From Synechococcus sp. (lineage in GTDB: Bacteria > Cyanobacteriota > Cyanobacteriia > PCC-6307 > Cyanobiaceae): a DNA stretch of 64,000 nt. Every line of letters starts with the position of its first letter. Position 1 is the stretch's first letter. Position numbers and translations under genes: made by a program. The stretch is taken from the NCBI GenBank assembly GCA_035284945.1, contig JAYKGS010000098.1, positions 69,372-133,371 of the forward strand, written 5' to 3'. Shown here one piece after another: positions 50,512-59,630 of the stretch. Under the pieces are notes generated by a model that was given only the letters and a program-made list of their open reading frames with translations, was not told the origin of the DNA and did not search any database.

Positions 50512-51162
50512 TCAGCTAGCCCATGCTGAAAAAGCCCAGGTGACTCCGCAGCCGGCCAGGGCCAGGGCCAGCCAGGCACGACCCTTCAGGGATAGGCGAC
50601 TGGCGATTGGGCGCAATAGTCCGAGGGCAATAAACAGAAGGCTGGCCTGGCTGATCAAGAGTCCGGCCCCATAGGCCAACAGCGGCATGTTCGTCCAGCC
50701 GAAGACCGGACCGCTCAGCACGTAGCCGTGCAGCGCCATGGCTGGAAGCAGAAAAACCCCGGACAGCCAGCGCAGCAGAACAAGGGCTTCCACCACGAGA
50801 GTGGCTGCCACCAGAGCCTCCGCGCCTGGAAGATCGGGCCAAGCAAGACCGGCTGCTCCGCCCAGCAGACCGACCAGAAGCAGACCTAGGGCCCAAGCCC
50901 ATCTGCGTTGCAGAGCGACCAGGCAGAGGGCCAGTAGAAAAAGGGCGTGGTCTGGGCCCAGCAAGGGGTGGGCCATCCCGCTCAGCAGGCCGTTACCAAA
51001 GCTGGGCTGCATCTGCTGCAGGTCGGCGATGTGGTGGGCAATCGCAGGGGAGATACACAGCAGGGGGGAAACAAGGGCCACCCCCATGCCGAGGGGCAGC
51101 CAGGCCGAAGTTGGTGGCAGTGATGAGCTGGGGCCCTGGGGCTGGGGTGTGAAATCTTTCAT
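50512..51162 (-). CDS. hupE: HupE/UreJ family metal (probably cobalt) transporter
   Basis: AIAHH mature N-terminus, GLLSGMAHPLLGPDH, LHGY; B12 riboswitch upstream and cobW 1 nt downstream. Confidence 0.92.
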   Translation of the reverse strand: MKDFTPQPQGPSSSLPPTSAWLPLGMGVALVSPLLCISPAIAHHIADLQQMQPSFGNGLLSGMAHPLLGPDHALFLLALCLVALQRRWAWALGLLLVGLLGGAAGLAWPDLPGAEALVAATLVVEALVLLRWLSGVFLLPAMALHGYVLSGPVFGWTNMPLLAYGAGLLISQASLLFIALGLLRPIASRLSLKGRAWLALALAGCGVTWAFSAWAS

Positions 51163-51193
51163 GGAGCCGGTCCTCGCCGTAGATAGGTGAAAA

Positions 51194-51310
51194 CCGGCGG
51201 GCGTTCTGACTGGACGGTCCGGGGACACGCCTTCACAGCTGCGGGACAGTGCCGGATTCACACCGGGCTTTCCCCCTTACCTCCGGTGGCTGTTCCCCAC
51301 CGAAACCGGG
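51194..51310 (-). promoter_or_regulatory. Cobalamin riboswitch
   Basis: Minus strand reads CCGGTTTCGGTGG..AAGGGGGAAAGCCCGGTGTGAATCCGGCACTGTCCCGCAGCTGTGAA..CAGTCAGAACGCCCGCCGG; -10-like TAGCAT at 51317-51322. Confidence 0.95.
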
Positions 51311-51335
51311 ATGAAGATGCTATCCCGCCCTGCAC

Positions 51336-51824
51336 CTATCGGCAGGCAAGGCTGTCTCGCGTAGCAACTCCTGAGACTGAATTAGACCCGGTTGCGCGCA
51401 GGCAGAGCGCCTTCTTCTCGGGCATGTCGAGAACGGCATCACTGAAATCCGCACCTTCAATCAAGGCACCATTGAAGTGGCTCTGCAGCAACATCGCGTT
51501 GCGCAGCAGAGCTCCGCGCAGGTCGGTATCTTCAAAGTGGCTGGCAAAAGCCACGCTGTCATCGAGATTCGCCTGGCGCAGATCAGCTCCGCGCAGGTCG
51601 CTGTTATTGAAGACAGCGCCACGCAGGTCGCTTTCACTGAAGTCAAAGCCAGCCAGGGACGCCTTCAGGAATTCGGCTTGCTGCAGATTTCGGCCGTGCA
51701 TGTCTGTCTGGAGATCCTGGAGGGATCGCTGGCTACGCAGCTCGGGGGCGGTTATGGCCCAGGCAGGTGTCAGGACCAGCAGCCATGCCATAAAGGTGGC
51801 AATGACTGTCAGAAAGGGAGCCAT
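51336..51824 (-). CDS. Pentapeptide repeat protein (exported/lumenal)
   Basis: Signal peptide ending AWA, A(D/N)Lxx repeats, C-terminal LC...G.N..SG..TR.SL.C; start 51824 or 51851. Confidence 0.9.
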   Translation of the reverse strand: MAPFLTVIATFMAWLLVLTPAWAITAPELRSQRSLQDLQTDMHGRNLQQAEFLKASLAGFDFSESDLRGAVFNNSDLRGADLRQANLDDSVAFASHFEDTDLRGALLRNAMLLQSHFNGALIEGADFSDAVLDMPEKKALCLRATGSNSVSGVATRDSLACR

Positions 51825-51863
51825 GGGCAGGGAAGTAAAATTGAAACTCAAAATATGTCAACC

Positions 51864-52520
51864 ATGGCCATGGCTCTGCGGGTGGTAGTCCCACCCCATC
51901 CCCTGATCGGCCATTGGCTGGCCGTGCTTCGTGACCGCCACACCCCTGCTCCGCTGTACGCGAGCGCCACCACGGAACTCGGTCGCTGGCTCAGCTATGA
52001 GGCGCTGAGGGATTGGCTGCCCCACCGCCGAATAAAAATCGATGCCCCTCTGGGCCCAGCCGAAGCGGAGATCGTCGATGGGAACGTACCGTTGCTCGTG
52101 CTTCCCCTGCTCAGCGCAGGCCTTGGGCTCTGGCAGGGGGGCCAGACGGTAGTTCCCAGCGCCCGGGTGATGCATCTGTGGCGAGAGCGACAGACGATCT
52201 GTGGCCTGGACAAGACTATCCACCCCAGATCCGGGGTGTTGATTTTCTGCGCATCAGTGTCCACCGGTGAATGCCTGAATCAACTTCTCGATCAGCTGGC
52301 CGAATTCGGGGTGCGTGGGGATCGGCTGCGGGTTGTCACTGCCCTGGCCTCAGGGCCCGGCCTGCAAGTGGTGGGGCAACGTCACGGCGATCTCACCATC
52401 TACACAGCTGGAATTGATACTGAGCTTGATGTAGAAGATCGTATTGTGCCGGGTATAGGCGACATTTCAGGCCGTCTCTTCGGAGGCACTGACTTCAATC
52501 CTGAGGTTGTCCCTGCCTAG
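51864..52520 (+). CDS. upp: Uracil phosphoribosyltransferase-like protein (divergent)
   Basis: LRVVVPPHPLI.HWL.VLRD..TP, ELGRWL.YEA.RDWLP, IYTAGID.EL, IVPGIGD. Confidence 0.85.
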   Translation: MAMALRVVVPPHPLIGHWLAVLRDRHTPAPLYASATTELGRWLSYEALRDWLPHRRIKIDAPLGPAEAEIVDGNVPLLVLPLLSAGLGLWQGGQTVVPSARVMHLWRERQTICGLDKTIHPRSGVLIFCASVSTGECLNQLLDQLAEFGVRGDRLRVVTALASGPGLQVVGQRHGDLTIYTAGIDTELDVEDRIVPGIGDISGRLFGGTDFNPEVVPA

Positions 52521-52560
52521 CCTGACAGTATAAAATTATTTTTATTATAGAGCATTTAAG

Positions 52561-52848
52561 ATGATGGGCGTTCAAAATGACAACCCCGCTCCCGGAACAG
52601 CGGGTTTGATGCTGAGCCTTCTCGCGGGCGCAACCCTCGGCGCCGCCGGCCTCGGTTGGTATCTGCTCAACGAAGCCGAACGGAGGCGCCAGGGCAATCG
52701 CCAGGGCAGCCGGAGCCGTGTACTTCTCCAGAGGCCGGCCACCCCGGTTCCTACGCCAGATAGGGATCTGCATGACCGCGTCCATGAGCTCAACCAGGCA
52801 ATTGAGGATGTGCGCCGCCAGTTGGAAACCATGAACACCCAGGGGTAA
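52561..52848 (+). CDS. Hypothetical membrane-anchored coiled-coil protein
   Basis: TM LLAGATLGAAGLGW, C-terminal LHDRVHELNQAIEDVRRQL. Confidence 0.75.
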   Translation: MMGVQNDNPAPGTAGLMLSLLAGATLGAAGLGWYLLNEAERRRQGNRQGSRSRVLLQRPATPVPTPDRDLHDRVHELNQAIEDVRRQLETMNTQG

Positions 52849-52901
52849 AACCGGGCCTGGTGGGAACCGGTCGGTAGGTTTTGTCAGTCCGAACCACAGT
52901 C

Positions 52902-54587
52902 ATGCTCCGCTCCGCCGCGATCACCCAGGGGATCCAGCGTTCGCCCAACAGGGCCATGCTGCGGGCCGTGGGGTTCGCTGATGCTGATTTCAGCAAGCCG
53001 ATCATTGGCATTGCCAACGGTTACAGCACGATCACCCCCTGTAACCTGGGGCTCAACGACCTGGCACGCCGGGCCGAGGATGCTGCCCATGCCGCCGGGG
53101 CCATGCCCCAGCTGTTCGGAACCATCACGGTGAGCGACGGCATCTCGATGGGTACCGAAGGGATGAAGTACTCCCTGGTAAGCCGGGAGGTGATTGCCGA
53201 TTCGATCGAGACGGCCTGCAACGCCCAGAGCATGGACGGGCTGCTGGCAATCGGCGGCTGCGATAAGAACATGCCTGGTGCCATGCTCGCCATGGCCCGC
53301 ATGAACATCCCATCCATTTTTGTCTACGGGGGCACGATCAAGCCCGGCCGGCTCGGGGCCTGCGACCTAACTGTGGTGAGCGCCTTCGAGGCCGTGGGCC
53401 AGTTCAGCGGCGGGCGGATCGATGAGCAGGAGCTTACGGCCATCGAGAAGAATGCCTGCCCTGGCGCCGGCAGCTGTGGCGGGATGTTCACCGCCAACAC
53501 AATGAGTGCCGCCTTCGAGGTGATTGGTCTGAGCCTGCCCTACAGCTCCACCATGGCTGCCGAAGATCCCGAGAAGGCCGATTCGGCGGCCCGCAGCGCC
53601 GAGGTGCTGACCGAGGCGATCAGAGCCAGCATCCTTCCCCGCGATCTGATGACCCGCGAGGCCTTCGAGAACGCCATCAGCGTGATAATGGCCGTGGGTG
53701 GCTCCACTAATTCCGTGCTGCATCTGCTGGCTGTGGCACGCAGTGCGGGTGTGGAGCTCAGCATCGAGGATTTTGAGACAATCCGCCAGCGGGTGCCGGT
53801 GATCTGCGATCTCAAACCCAGCGGTCGCTATGTGACCGTGGATCTTCACCGGGCGGGCGGCATCCCCCAGGTGATGAGACTGCTGCTCGATGCCGGTTTG
53901 CTCCATGGCGACTGCCGCACGATCGAAGGCAAAACCCTGCGGGAGGTTCTGGCAGGTGTGCCGTCTGAGCCCCCAGCCGGCCAGGATGTGATCCGTCCGC
54001 TGCGTGATCCGCTCTACGCCAAGGGGCACCTGGCGATCCTCAAGGGCAACCTGGCCGAGGAGGGAGCCGTGGCCAAGATCAGCGGGGTGAAAAACCCGGT
54101 GATCACAGGCCCAGCCCGGGTCTTCGAGAGCGAGGAGACTTGCCTTGCCGCCATCCTCGACAAGCAAATCAAAGCCGGGGATGTGGTTGTGGTGCGCCAG
54201 GAGGGCCCCGTCGGCGGGCCCGGCATGCGGGAAATGCTCAGCCCCACCGCAGCAATCGTGGGCCAGGGGCTGCTCGATTCGGTGGCACTGATCACAGATG
54301 GACGTTTCTCCGGCGGCTCCTTCGGCCTGGTTGTGGGCCATGTGGCACCCGAAGCGGCCGTGGGTGGCACTATCGGCCTTGTGCAGGAGGGCGACAGCAT
54401 CACCGTTGATGCCAACCAGCTACTTATCCAGCTGAATGTGCCCCAGGAGGTTATCGCCCTTCGCCGCGCCGCCTGGGTGAGGCCCGAGCCCCGCTACCGC
54501 ACCGGCGTGCTCGGCAAGTACGCGCGCCTGGTGAGCAGCAGCAGCCTCGGGGCGGTAACCGATCAGGTCTGGGTGCAGGGCACTTAG
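52902..54587 (+). CDS. ilvD: Dihydroxy-acid dehydratase
   Basis: [58 protein letters not shown]. Confidence 0.98.
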   Translation: MLRSAAITQGIQRSPNRAMLRAVGFADADFSKPIIGIANGYSTITPCNLGLNDLARRAEDAAHAAGAMPQLFGTITVSDGISMGTEGMKYSLVSREVIADSIETACNAQSMDGLLAIGGCDKNMPGAMLAMARMNIPSIFVYGGTIKPGRLGACDLTVVSAFEAVGQFSGGRIDEQELTAIEKNACPGAGSCGGMFTANTMSAAFEVIGLSLPYSSTMAAEDPEKADSAARSAEVLTEAIRASILPRDLMTREAFENAISVIMAVGGSTNSVLHLLAVARSAGVELSIEDFETIRQRVPVICDLKPSGRYVTVDLHRAGGIPQVMRLLLDAGLLHGDCRTIEGKTLREVLAGVPSEPPAGQDVIRPLRDPLYAKGHLAILKGNLAEEGAVAKISGVKNPVITGPARVFESEETCLAAILDKQIKAGDVVVVRQEGPVGGPGMREMLSPTAAIVGQGLLDSVALITDGRFSGGSFGLVVGHVAPEAAVGGTIGLVQEGDSITVDANQLLIQLNVPQEVIALRRAAWVRPEPRYRTGVLGKYARLVSSSSLGAVTDQVWVQGT

Positions 54588-54733
54588 ACCCGGCAATCCG
54601 CGTGCCAAAGGGGGCAGCAGACAATGCAGACCTGAGTGGGCACAGCCGCGCGGTTCAGTTCGGGTAACAGACCAGCCGCCGAATCGATGCTGAAGATCAC
54701 AAGACTTTTTGCCCGCGATGAAGGCATACACAT
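54584..54733 (-). CDS. Candidate 49-aa Cys/His-rich microprotein (shorter than any ORF in the track)
   Basis: Hand translation [49 protein letters not shown]; its TAA overlaps the ilvD TAG. Confidence 0.5.
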   Translation of the reverse strand: MCMPSSRAKSLVIFSIDSAAGLLPELNRAAVPTQVCIVCCPLWHADCRV

Positions 54734-54889
54734 CCGGCCGAGATTGCTTAGAACAATTTAGGCTTGTCGAAAATGACTTTTCGACTGAAGGCTATCGTTA
54801 AGTCTTGCGCCTCTAATTTGATAATATCATAACCTTCGATGGATTTTAGCTAGATGAGTTGTGGAAATATCGGCCATATTACGAATTGC

Positions 54890-55306
54890 TCAACCCACCA
54901 GCAGGGCCCGCAACCTCCTGGTGAACGCCTCCAGGGGCTCTGCGTCGGCCGGTCGCTCACAGCGCACGCCGCTGTCACTGCACAGCCAAACTGGATGGCT
55001 GCCCTGCCACAGAATGGGGCGCCTCCCGTCGAGACACCAGGCCAGGGTTAGGTTGAGATCGCTACCGCTGGGGTAGACCTCCAGCTCCAGATCCTCTTCC
55101 GGGCAGCGCTGCCCCTCCCCATCGCGGGCCTCAAGCCGCAGGGTCAGCTCCCCAACCCGGGGATGCCAGCAGCTGTCGGCATCGCAGTCCTGAGACACCA
55201 CCACCACTCCATGGCGCAGGGGCTTGCGACAGAGATCGGCGGCAGCAGCGATCAGGCGGATCCAGTCGATGCTGGCATCGCGGCTGTCTGGTTCAGGCGA
55301 CGGCAT
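54890..55306 (-). CDS. Conserved hypothetical protein
   Basis: AADLCRKPLRHGV, DLELEVY.SG.DLNL.L.W, P.LWQG.HPVW; overlaps the CIA30 gene end. Confidence 0.75.
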   Translation of the reverse strand: MPSPEPDSRDASIDWIRLIAAAADLCRKPLRHGVVVVSQDCDADSCWHPRVGELTLRLEARDGEGQRCPEEDLELEVYPSGSDLNLTLAWCLDGRRPILWQGSHPVWLCSDSGVRCERPADAEPLEAFTRRLRALLVG

Positions 55307-55868
55307 CGATGCAGCGGATCACTAGATGGATCGGGCCCGGGCGGTAGCCGGGGTTGGGGCTGCCGTCGTCGCCGAAGCGGGAGTGCAGCAGCTGCATCCG
55401 GGTGATGCGAGCCGGATCGAAGCGCAGGGGAAGGCCCAGGGGCAGGCTCTCGATCGGCTGGGCCCGCAGCGAGGGGGTGAGAGCATTGAAAGGGATCCGC
55501 GCGCGGCAGAAACCCCCATCGCTGGTGGAGAACTGCTTCACCCAGCGCAGTCCACCGGGGATCAGCTCGGTGAGCCCGGCGATGCCATCGGCACAGGCCA
55601 GAGCCAGCTTGAAGCTGCGCCCCTCTCCGGCAAGATCAAGCTCCAGCGCCCCATGGGCCGACAGATCCAGCGGTGGCGAAAACAGGGGGGATCTCACGCT
55701 GATGAAGCCTCCGCCCTCACTCACCACAACACCATCAAAGCCAAGGCCGAAAGCACCGCAGCGGCAGCCGCCACTGCTGCGGCCACCCATGATTGTGTCG
55801 TTGAGGGCCTGCCAGCCGCTAAAGCCCTCGCCACTCACCACCTGCATTCCGTTTCTCCCTTGGGTCAC
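55293..55868 (-). CDS. CIA30 (complex I intermediate-associated protein 30) family protein
   Basis: WQALNDTIMGGRS, GGGFISVRS, GEGRSFK, IPF..L; start 55868 or 55847. Confidence 0.88.
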   Translation of the reverse strand: MTQGRNGMQVVSGEGFSGWQALNDTIMGGRSSGGCRCGAFGLGFDGVVVSEGGGFISVRSPLFSPPLDLSAHGALELDLAGEGRSFKLALACADGIAGLTELIPGGLRWVKQFSTSDGGFCRARIPFNALTPSLRAQPIESLPLGLPLRFDPARITRMQLLHSRFGDDGSPNPGYRPGPIHLVIRCIDAVA

Positions 55869-55909
55869 CAGCTTGGCGCCAGAGCGTCCAGTCGAGTGTC
55901 GCGGTGGCC

Positions 55910-56635
55910 TCAGGCGCCCGGAAGCTCCAGATCCTCACCGGCAGCTGCATCCACGAGAACAACCACCTCACCGGCGGGTTGCACCAGCCGGGCGGGGGTC
56001 CGCTCAGGGGACTCCGTTGGGTCGAACAACCGCTGCAGAGCCTGGCGCTTGCCGGCACCGCTCACCAGAAAGATCACCTGACGTGCCGCACTCAGCGCCG
56101 GAGCTGTGAGCGTGATGCGGGGGAGACCCTTCCCTTCCGAGACCGTGACCCAGCGATCGGTGACGCCAGTAGCGGCGGTGCCCGGAAACAGCGAGGCGGT
56201 GTGACCATCATCGCCGAGCCCGAGTAGCACCAGATCCAGCTGGGGCGATGACCCAGGACAGAGGTCCTCAAGCTCGGCCGCGAAACGCTCGGCACTAGCT
56301 TCGGGTGTGTCCTCCTGGGTCGGGACAGGATGGAAGCAGGCGGCGGCGGCGGGAGGCTGGGCCAGCAGGGTTTCACGCAGCATGCGGGCATTGCTGGCCT
56401 GATCGGCTGGATCCACCCAGCGCTCATCGCCAAGCAGCACATCCACCCGAGACCAGGGCAGATGCTCGCGGCCCAGTCGCTCATAGGCGGCCTTTGGGGT
56501 GGAGCCTCCGGCCAGGGCGATCTGGGCCCGGTCGCGCTGAGCGAGGGCCAGATCGATGCAGGCAGCGATGCGCTCAGCGCACTGGCGGGCCTGATCCTCG
56601 AGTGAAGTGGCCACGATCAAGCGATGACGCGTCAT
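55910..56635 (-). CDS. pgl: 6-phosphogluconolactonase
   Basis: ALAGGSTP, GDERWV, SNARM, LLGLGDDGHTASLFP, RITLT; ATGA overlap with gndA. Confidence 0.95.
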   Translation of the reverse strand: MTRHRLIVATSLEDQARQCAERIAACIDLALAQRDRAQIALAGGSTPKAAYERLGREHLPWSRVDVLLGDERWVDPADQASNARMLRETLLAQPPAAAACFHPVPTQEDTPEASAERFAAELEDLCPGSSPQLDLVLLGLGDDGHTASLFPGTAATGVTDRWVTVSEGKGLPRITLTAPALSAARQVIFLVSGAGKRQALQRLFDPTESPERTPARLVQPAGEVVVLVDAAAGEDLELPGA

Positions 56636-58065
56636 TCGAGCCACTCGGTGTGGAAGGTTCCTGGCCTGTCCACCCGCTCGTAGGTGTGGGAGCCGAAGCA
56701 GTCGCGCATCGCCTGCACCAGGTTCTGAGGCAGACGACCGGTTCCGTAGCTGCTGATGTAATCCAGGGTGCTGCTGAAGCAAGGCACAGGGATACCTACC
56801 TGGGCTGCCCCGGCGACAACCTGGCGCAGTCCTCCGATGCGGCGATTGATCTGCTCGGCGAACCAGGGATCCACCATCAGATTGGGCAGGCTCCCGTTGG
56901 CGCTGTAGGCGTCCTGGATGCGCTGCAGCAAGCGGGCACGAATGATGCAGCCACCCTTCCAGATCCGGCCGATCTCGGGGAAGTTGAGGGCGTAGTCGTG
57001 CAGCTTGGAGGCTTCCTGCAGCAGGGCCATGCCCTGGGCATAGCTGGCGATGCAAGCCAGGATCGTGGCATCGCGCAATGGACCCATACCGGAAGTGGGA
57101 TCCCCCAGATCCAGGCCACCGGTGGGCAGTTGGGCGGGCCGCACCGCCGGCAGGATCGCCTCGGCGGCCATCCGCTCCGGCCGCAGGGAGCTGAGCACGC
57201 GGGCATTGAGGGCGGCATAGATGGTCGGGACAGGCACCCCCATCTCCAGGGCGCTGACCACGGTCCACAGACCTGTGCCCTTCTGGCCGGCCGCATCGAC
57301 GATGAACTCGACTAGGTCGCTGCCGGTCTCGGGGTCACGGGTGCGCAGGCAGACCTCGGTGATCTCCACCAGGAAGGAGGAAAGCTCCTCCAGTTGATTC
57401 CAACCGCCCAGCACATCAGCCATGGCGATTCCGCCCAGGCCGGCGACGCGCTTCATCAGGTCGTAGGCCTCGGCCAGGATCTGCTCGATGCCGTACTCGA
57501 TGCCGTTGTGCACGGTCTTGACGAAATGGCCAGCACCGCCGGGGCCCACATAGGTGACGCAGGAGCCGTCGCTCACCTTGGCGGCCATGGCATTGAGCAG
57601 GCTCTCGATCGCGTCGTAAGCGCTGCGGGTGCCGCCGGGCATCATCGAAGGCCCCTCAAGGGCACCTTTGGCGCCGCCGGAGACACCCATGCCGATGAAG
57701 CCGAAGCTCTGGGATTCAAGCGTGGCAACCCGGCGTTCGGTATCGGTGTACAGGGAGTTGCCCCCATCGATTAGCAGATCCCCTTCCTCCAGCAGGGGCG
57801 AAAGGGTGGCGATCACATCGTCCACCGGCTTACCAGCCTTGACCATGACCAGGATGCGGCGTGGCCGTTCCAGGGCGGCGACGAACTGCTCGAGGGTTTC
57901 CGCACCCACGATGTCCTTGCCGGCTCCACGACCGGCCAGGAACTCCAGGGTCTTGGCGTAGGTGCGGTTGTAGACAACCGATGAGTAACCGTTGCGCTCG
58001 GCATTGAGCACAAGGTTTTCACCCATGACCCCAAGACCTATCAGGCCGAAATGAGCCTTGCCCAT
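56632..58065 (-). CDS. gndA: NADP-dependent 6-phosphogluconate dehydrogenase
   Basis: GLIGLGVMG, IDGGNS, GVSGG, FVKTVHNGIEYG, QKGTG.WT, WKGGCIIRA, QAMRDCFGSHTY. Confidence 0.97.
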   Translation of the reverse strand: MGKAHFGLIGLGVMGENLVLNAERNGYSSVVYNRTYAKTLEFLAGRGAGKDIVGAETLEQFVAALERPRRILVMVKAGKPVDDVIATLSPLLEEGDLLIDGGNSLYTDTERRVATLESQSFGFIGMGVSGGAKGALEGPSMMPGGTRSAYDAIESLLNAMAAKVSDGSCVTYVGPGGAGHFVKTVHNGIEYGIEQILAEAYDLMKRVAGLGGIAMADVLGGWNQLEELSSFLVEITEVCLRTRDPETGSDLVEFIVDAAGQKGTGLWTVVSALEMGVPVPTIYAALNARVLSSLRPERMAAEAILPAVRPAQLPTGGLDLGDPTSGMGPLRDATILACIASYAQGMALLQEASKLHDYALNFPEIGRIWKGGCIIRARLLQRIQDAYSANGSLPNLMVDPWFAEQINRRIGGLRQVVAGAAQVGIPVPCFSSTLDYISSYGTGRLPQNLVQAMRDCFGSHTYERVDRPGTFHTEWLE

Positions 58066-58198
58066 CGCTGGAAACTGAATCCGTTTGCACTTCAGTGTGG
58101 CTAGCGGCGTCGAGGTGCTGAATATTCCGTCACAACTTGGTGGCAATCATGTCAGCAACCCCTGGCATGGCACCCGGATATTCGCCATGAGTTTGGGG

Positions 58199-59494
58199 CT
58201 AGATGACGGTTCCATCGGCAATCGAACCATTTTTCTCCACCACCACGATGCCGTTGCGGATATAGAAGCTGAACTCCGGCCTGTCGGCCTCCTCAAGGTG
58301 GTCCTTGTTGACGATCGTCACGTTGTTGCCGATGCGCACATTTTTGTCGAGGATTGCCCTTTTGACCGTGGTCCCCTGACCAACCCCAACCGGTATGCCT
58401 CCCTGTTGACGCAAAGAAAGGCGTTGTTCAGCAGATTCAAAGTAATCAGCTCCCATCACCAGAGTGTCCTGGAGGACCACCTCATCCTCTACTCGGGAGC
58501 GAACCCCAAGGACACAGTGGTGGATACTGCAGGATTTCAGTAATGAACCTTCCCCAATTATTGAGTCTGTGATCTGGGCATCTTGAAGTTTACTAGGTGG
58601 CAAATAGCGAGGACGGGTGTAAATAGGAAATTGTTCGTCGTAGAATGAAAAAGCCGGATTTGGCTGGTCAGTAAGGGCAAGATTTGCTTCGTAGAAAGCA
58701 CCAATAGTCCCGATATCTTCCCAGTAGTCATCGAATAGATAACTTTGGAGCCGGTCGCCACGCTCCAATGAGGCCGGAATAATTTCCTTGCCAAAATCCG
58801 TTGAGGTTGGGTGCTTATTCAACAGGTCGAACATGGTTTCCCTGCTGAAGACATAAATCCCCATCGAGGCCAGATAGGGCCGTTTAAGGGACTCTTCAGT
58901 GGAGAGCCCCAGGGCTTGGGTGTCAACACGCATCTGAACAAGCTGATCGCCTTTGGGCTTTTCCCTGAATTCCAGGATTCGACCATCTGGGCTGGTGCGC
59001 ATCAACCCGAACCCTTCAGCCTGGGCGGCATCCACAGGAAGAGCCCCAACGGTCAGCTGGGCGCCGGTATCTATATGGTGCTTGACAAAACGGCCATAAT
59101 CCATCCGATAGAGCTGGTCACCAGAAAGGATCAGGTAATGGTCTACATCCCACTCGTGGAAAAGGGACTGGTATTTCCTGACGGCATCAGCCGTACCCTC
59201 AAACCAACTTGGGCTATTGGGAGTTTGTTGGGCGGCCAGCACTTCAACAAAGCCCTGCCCAAAACCAGCTGACAGGTTGTAACTCATCGTCAGGTGACGA
59301 TTGAGAGATGCGCTGTTAAACTGGGTAAGTACGTATATTTTATTTATTTCAGAGTTAATGCAATTGCTGATTGGAATATCAATCAGTCGATACTTACCAG
59401 CCAGGGGAACAGCTGGCTTGGCACGCAGCTTGGTAAGCGGGAAGAGACGGGTTCCAGCGCCGCCCCCCAGAATGATCGCCAGTACCCGTTTCAT
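58199..59494 (-). CDS. glgC: Glucose-1-phosphate adenylyltransferase
   Basis: [58 protein letters not shown]. Confidence 0.98.
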   Translation of the reverse strand: MKRVLAIILGGGAGTRLFPLTKLRAKPAVPLAGKYRLIDIPISNCINSEINKIYVLTQFNSASLNRHLTMSYNLSAGFGQGFVEVLAAQQTPNSPSWFEGTADAVRKYQSLFHEWDVDHYLILSGDQLYRMDYGRFVKHHIDTGAQLTVGALPVDAAQAEGFGLMRTSPDGRILEFREKPKGDQLVQMRVDTQALGLSTEESLKRPYLASMGIYVFSRETMFDLLNKHPTSTDFGKEIIPASLERGDRLQSYLFDDYWEDIGTIGAFYEANLALTDQPNPAFSFYDEQFPIYTRPRYLPPSKLQDAQITDSIIGEGSLLKSCSIHHCVLGVRSRVEDEVVLQDTLVMGADYFESAEQRLSLRQQGGIPVGVGQGTTVKRAILDKNVRIGNNVTIVNKDHLEEADRPEFSFYIRNGIVVVEKNGSIADGTVI

Positions 59495-59630
59495 GAATCC
59501 TGCTACCGGCTGGTCTTCGTGGAGACCGTACTGGAGCGGCTGACCCGAGGGCGAGCCTTTTGGTCGGCGGTGGCACGAACTGTTGCATAGGAGACGGAAG
59601 CTGCTCTGCTGTCAGTCGCAGCCTGACCAC

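Noticed and set aside
54420-54731. 103-aa minus-strand ORF in the ORF track
   Set aside because: It runs more than 160 nt antisense into ilvD; the 49-aa frame ending at the ilvD stop fits the gap better.
55910-57268. 452-aa ORF suggesting a long N-terminal extension or fusion on Pgl
   Set aside because: The extension is an alternate frame inside gndA; Pgl has its own ATG at 56635 overlapping the gndA stop.
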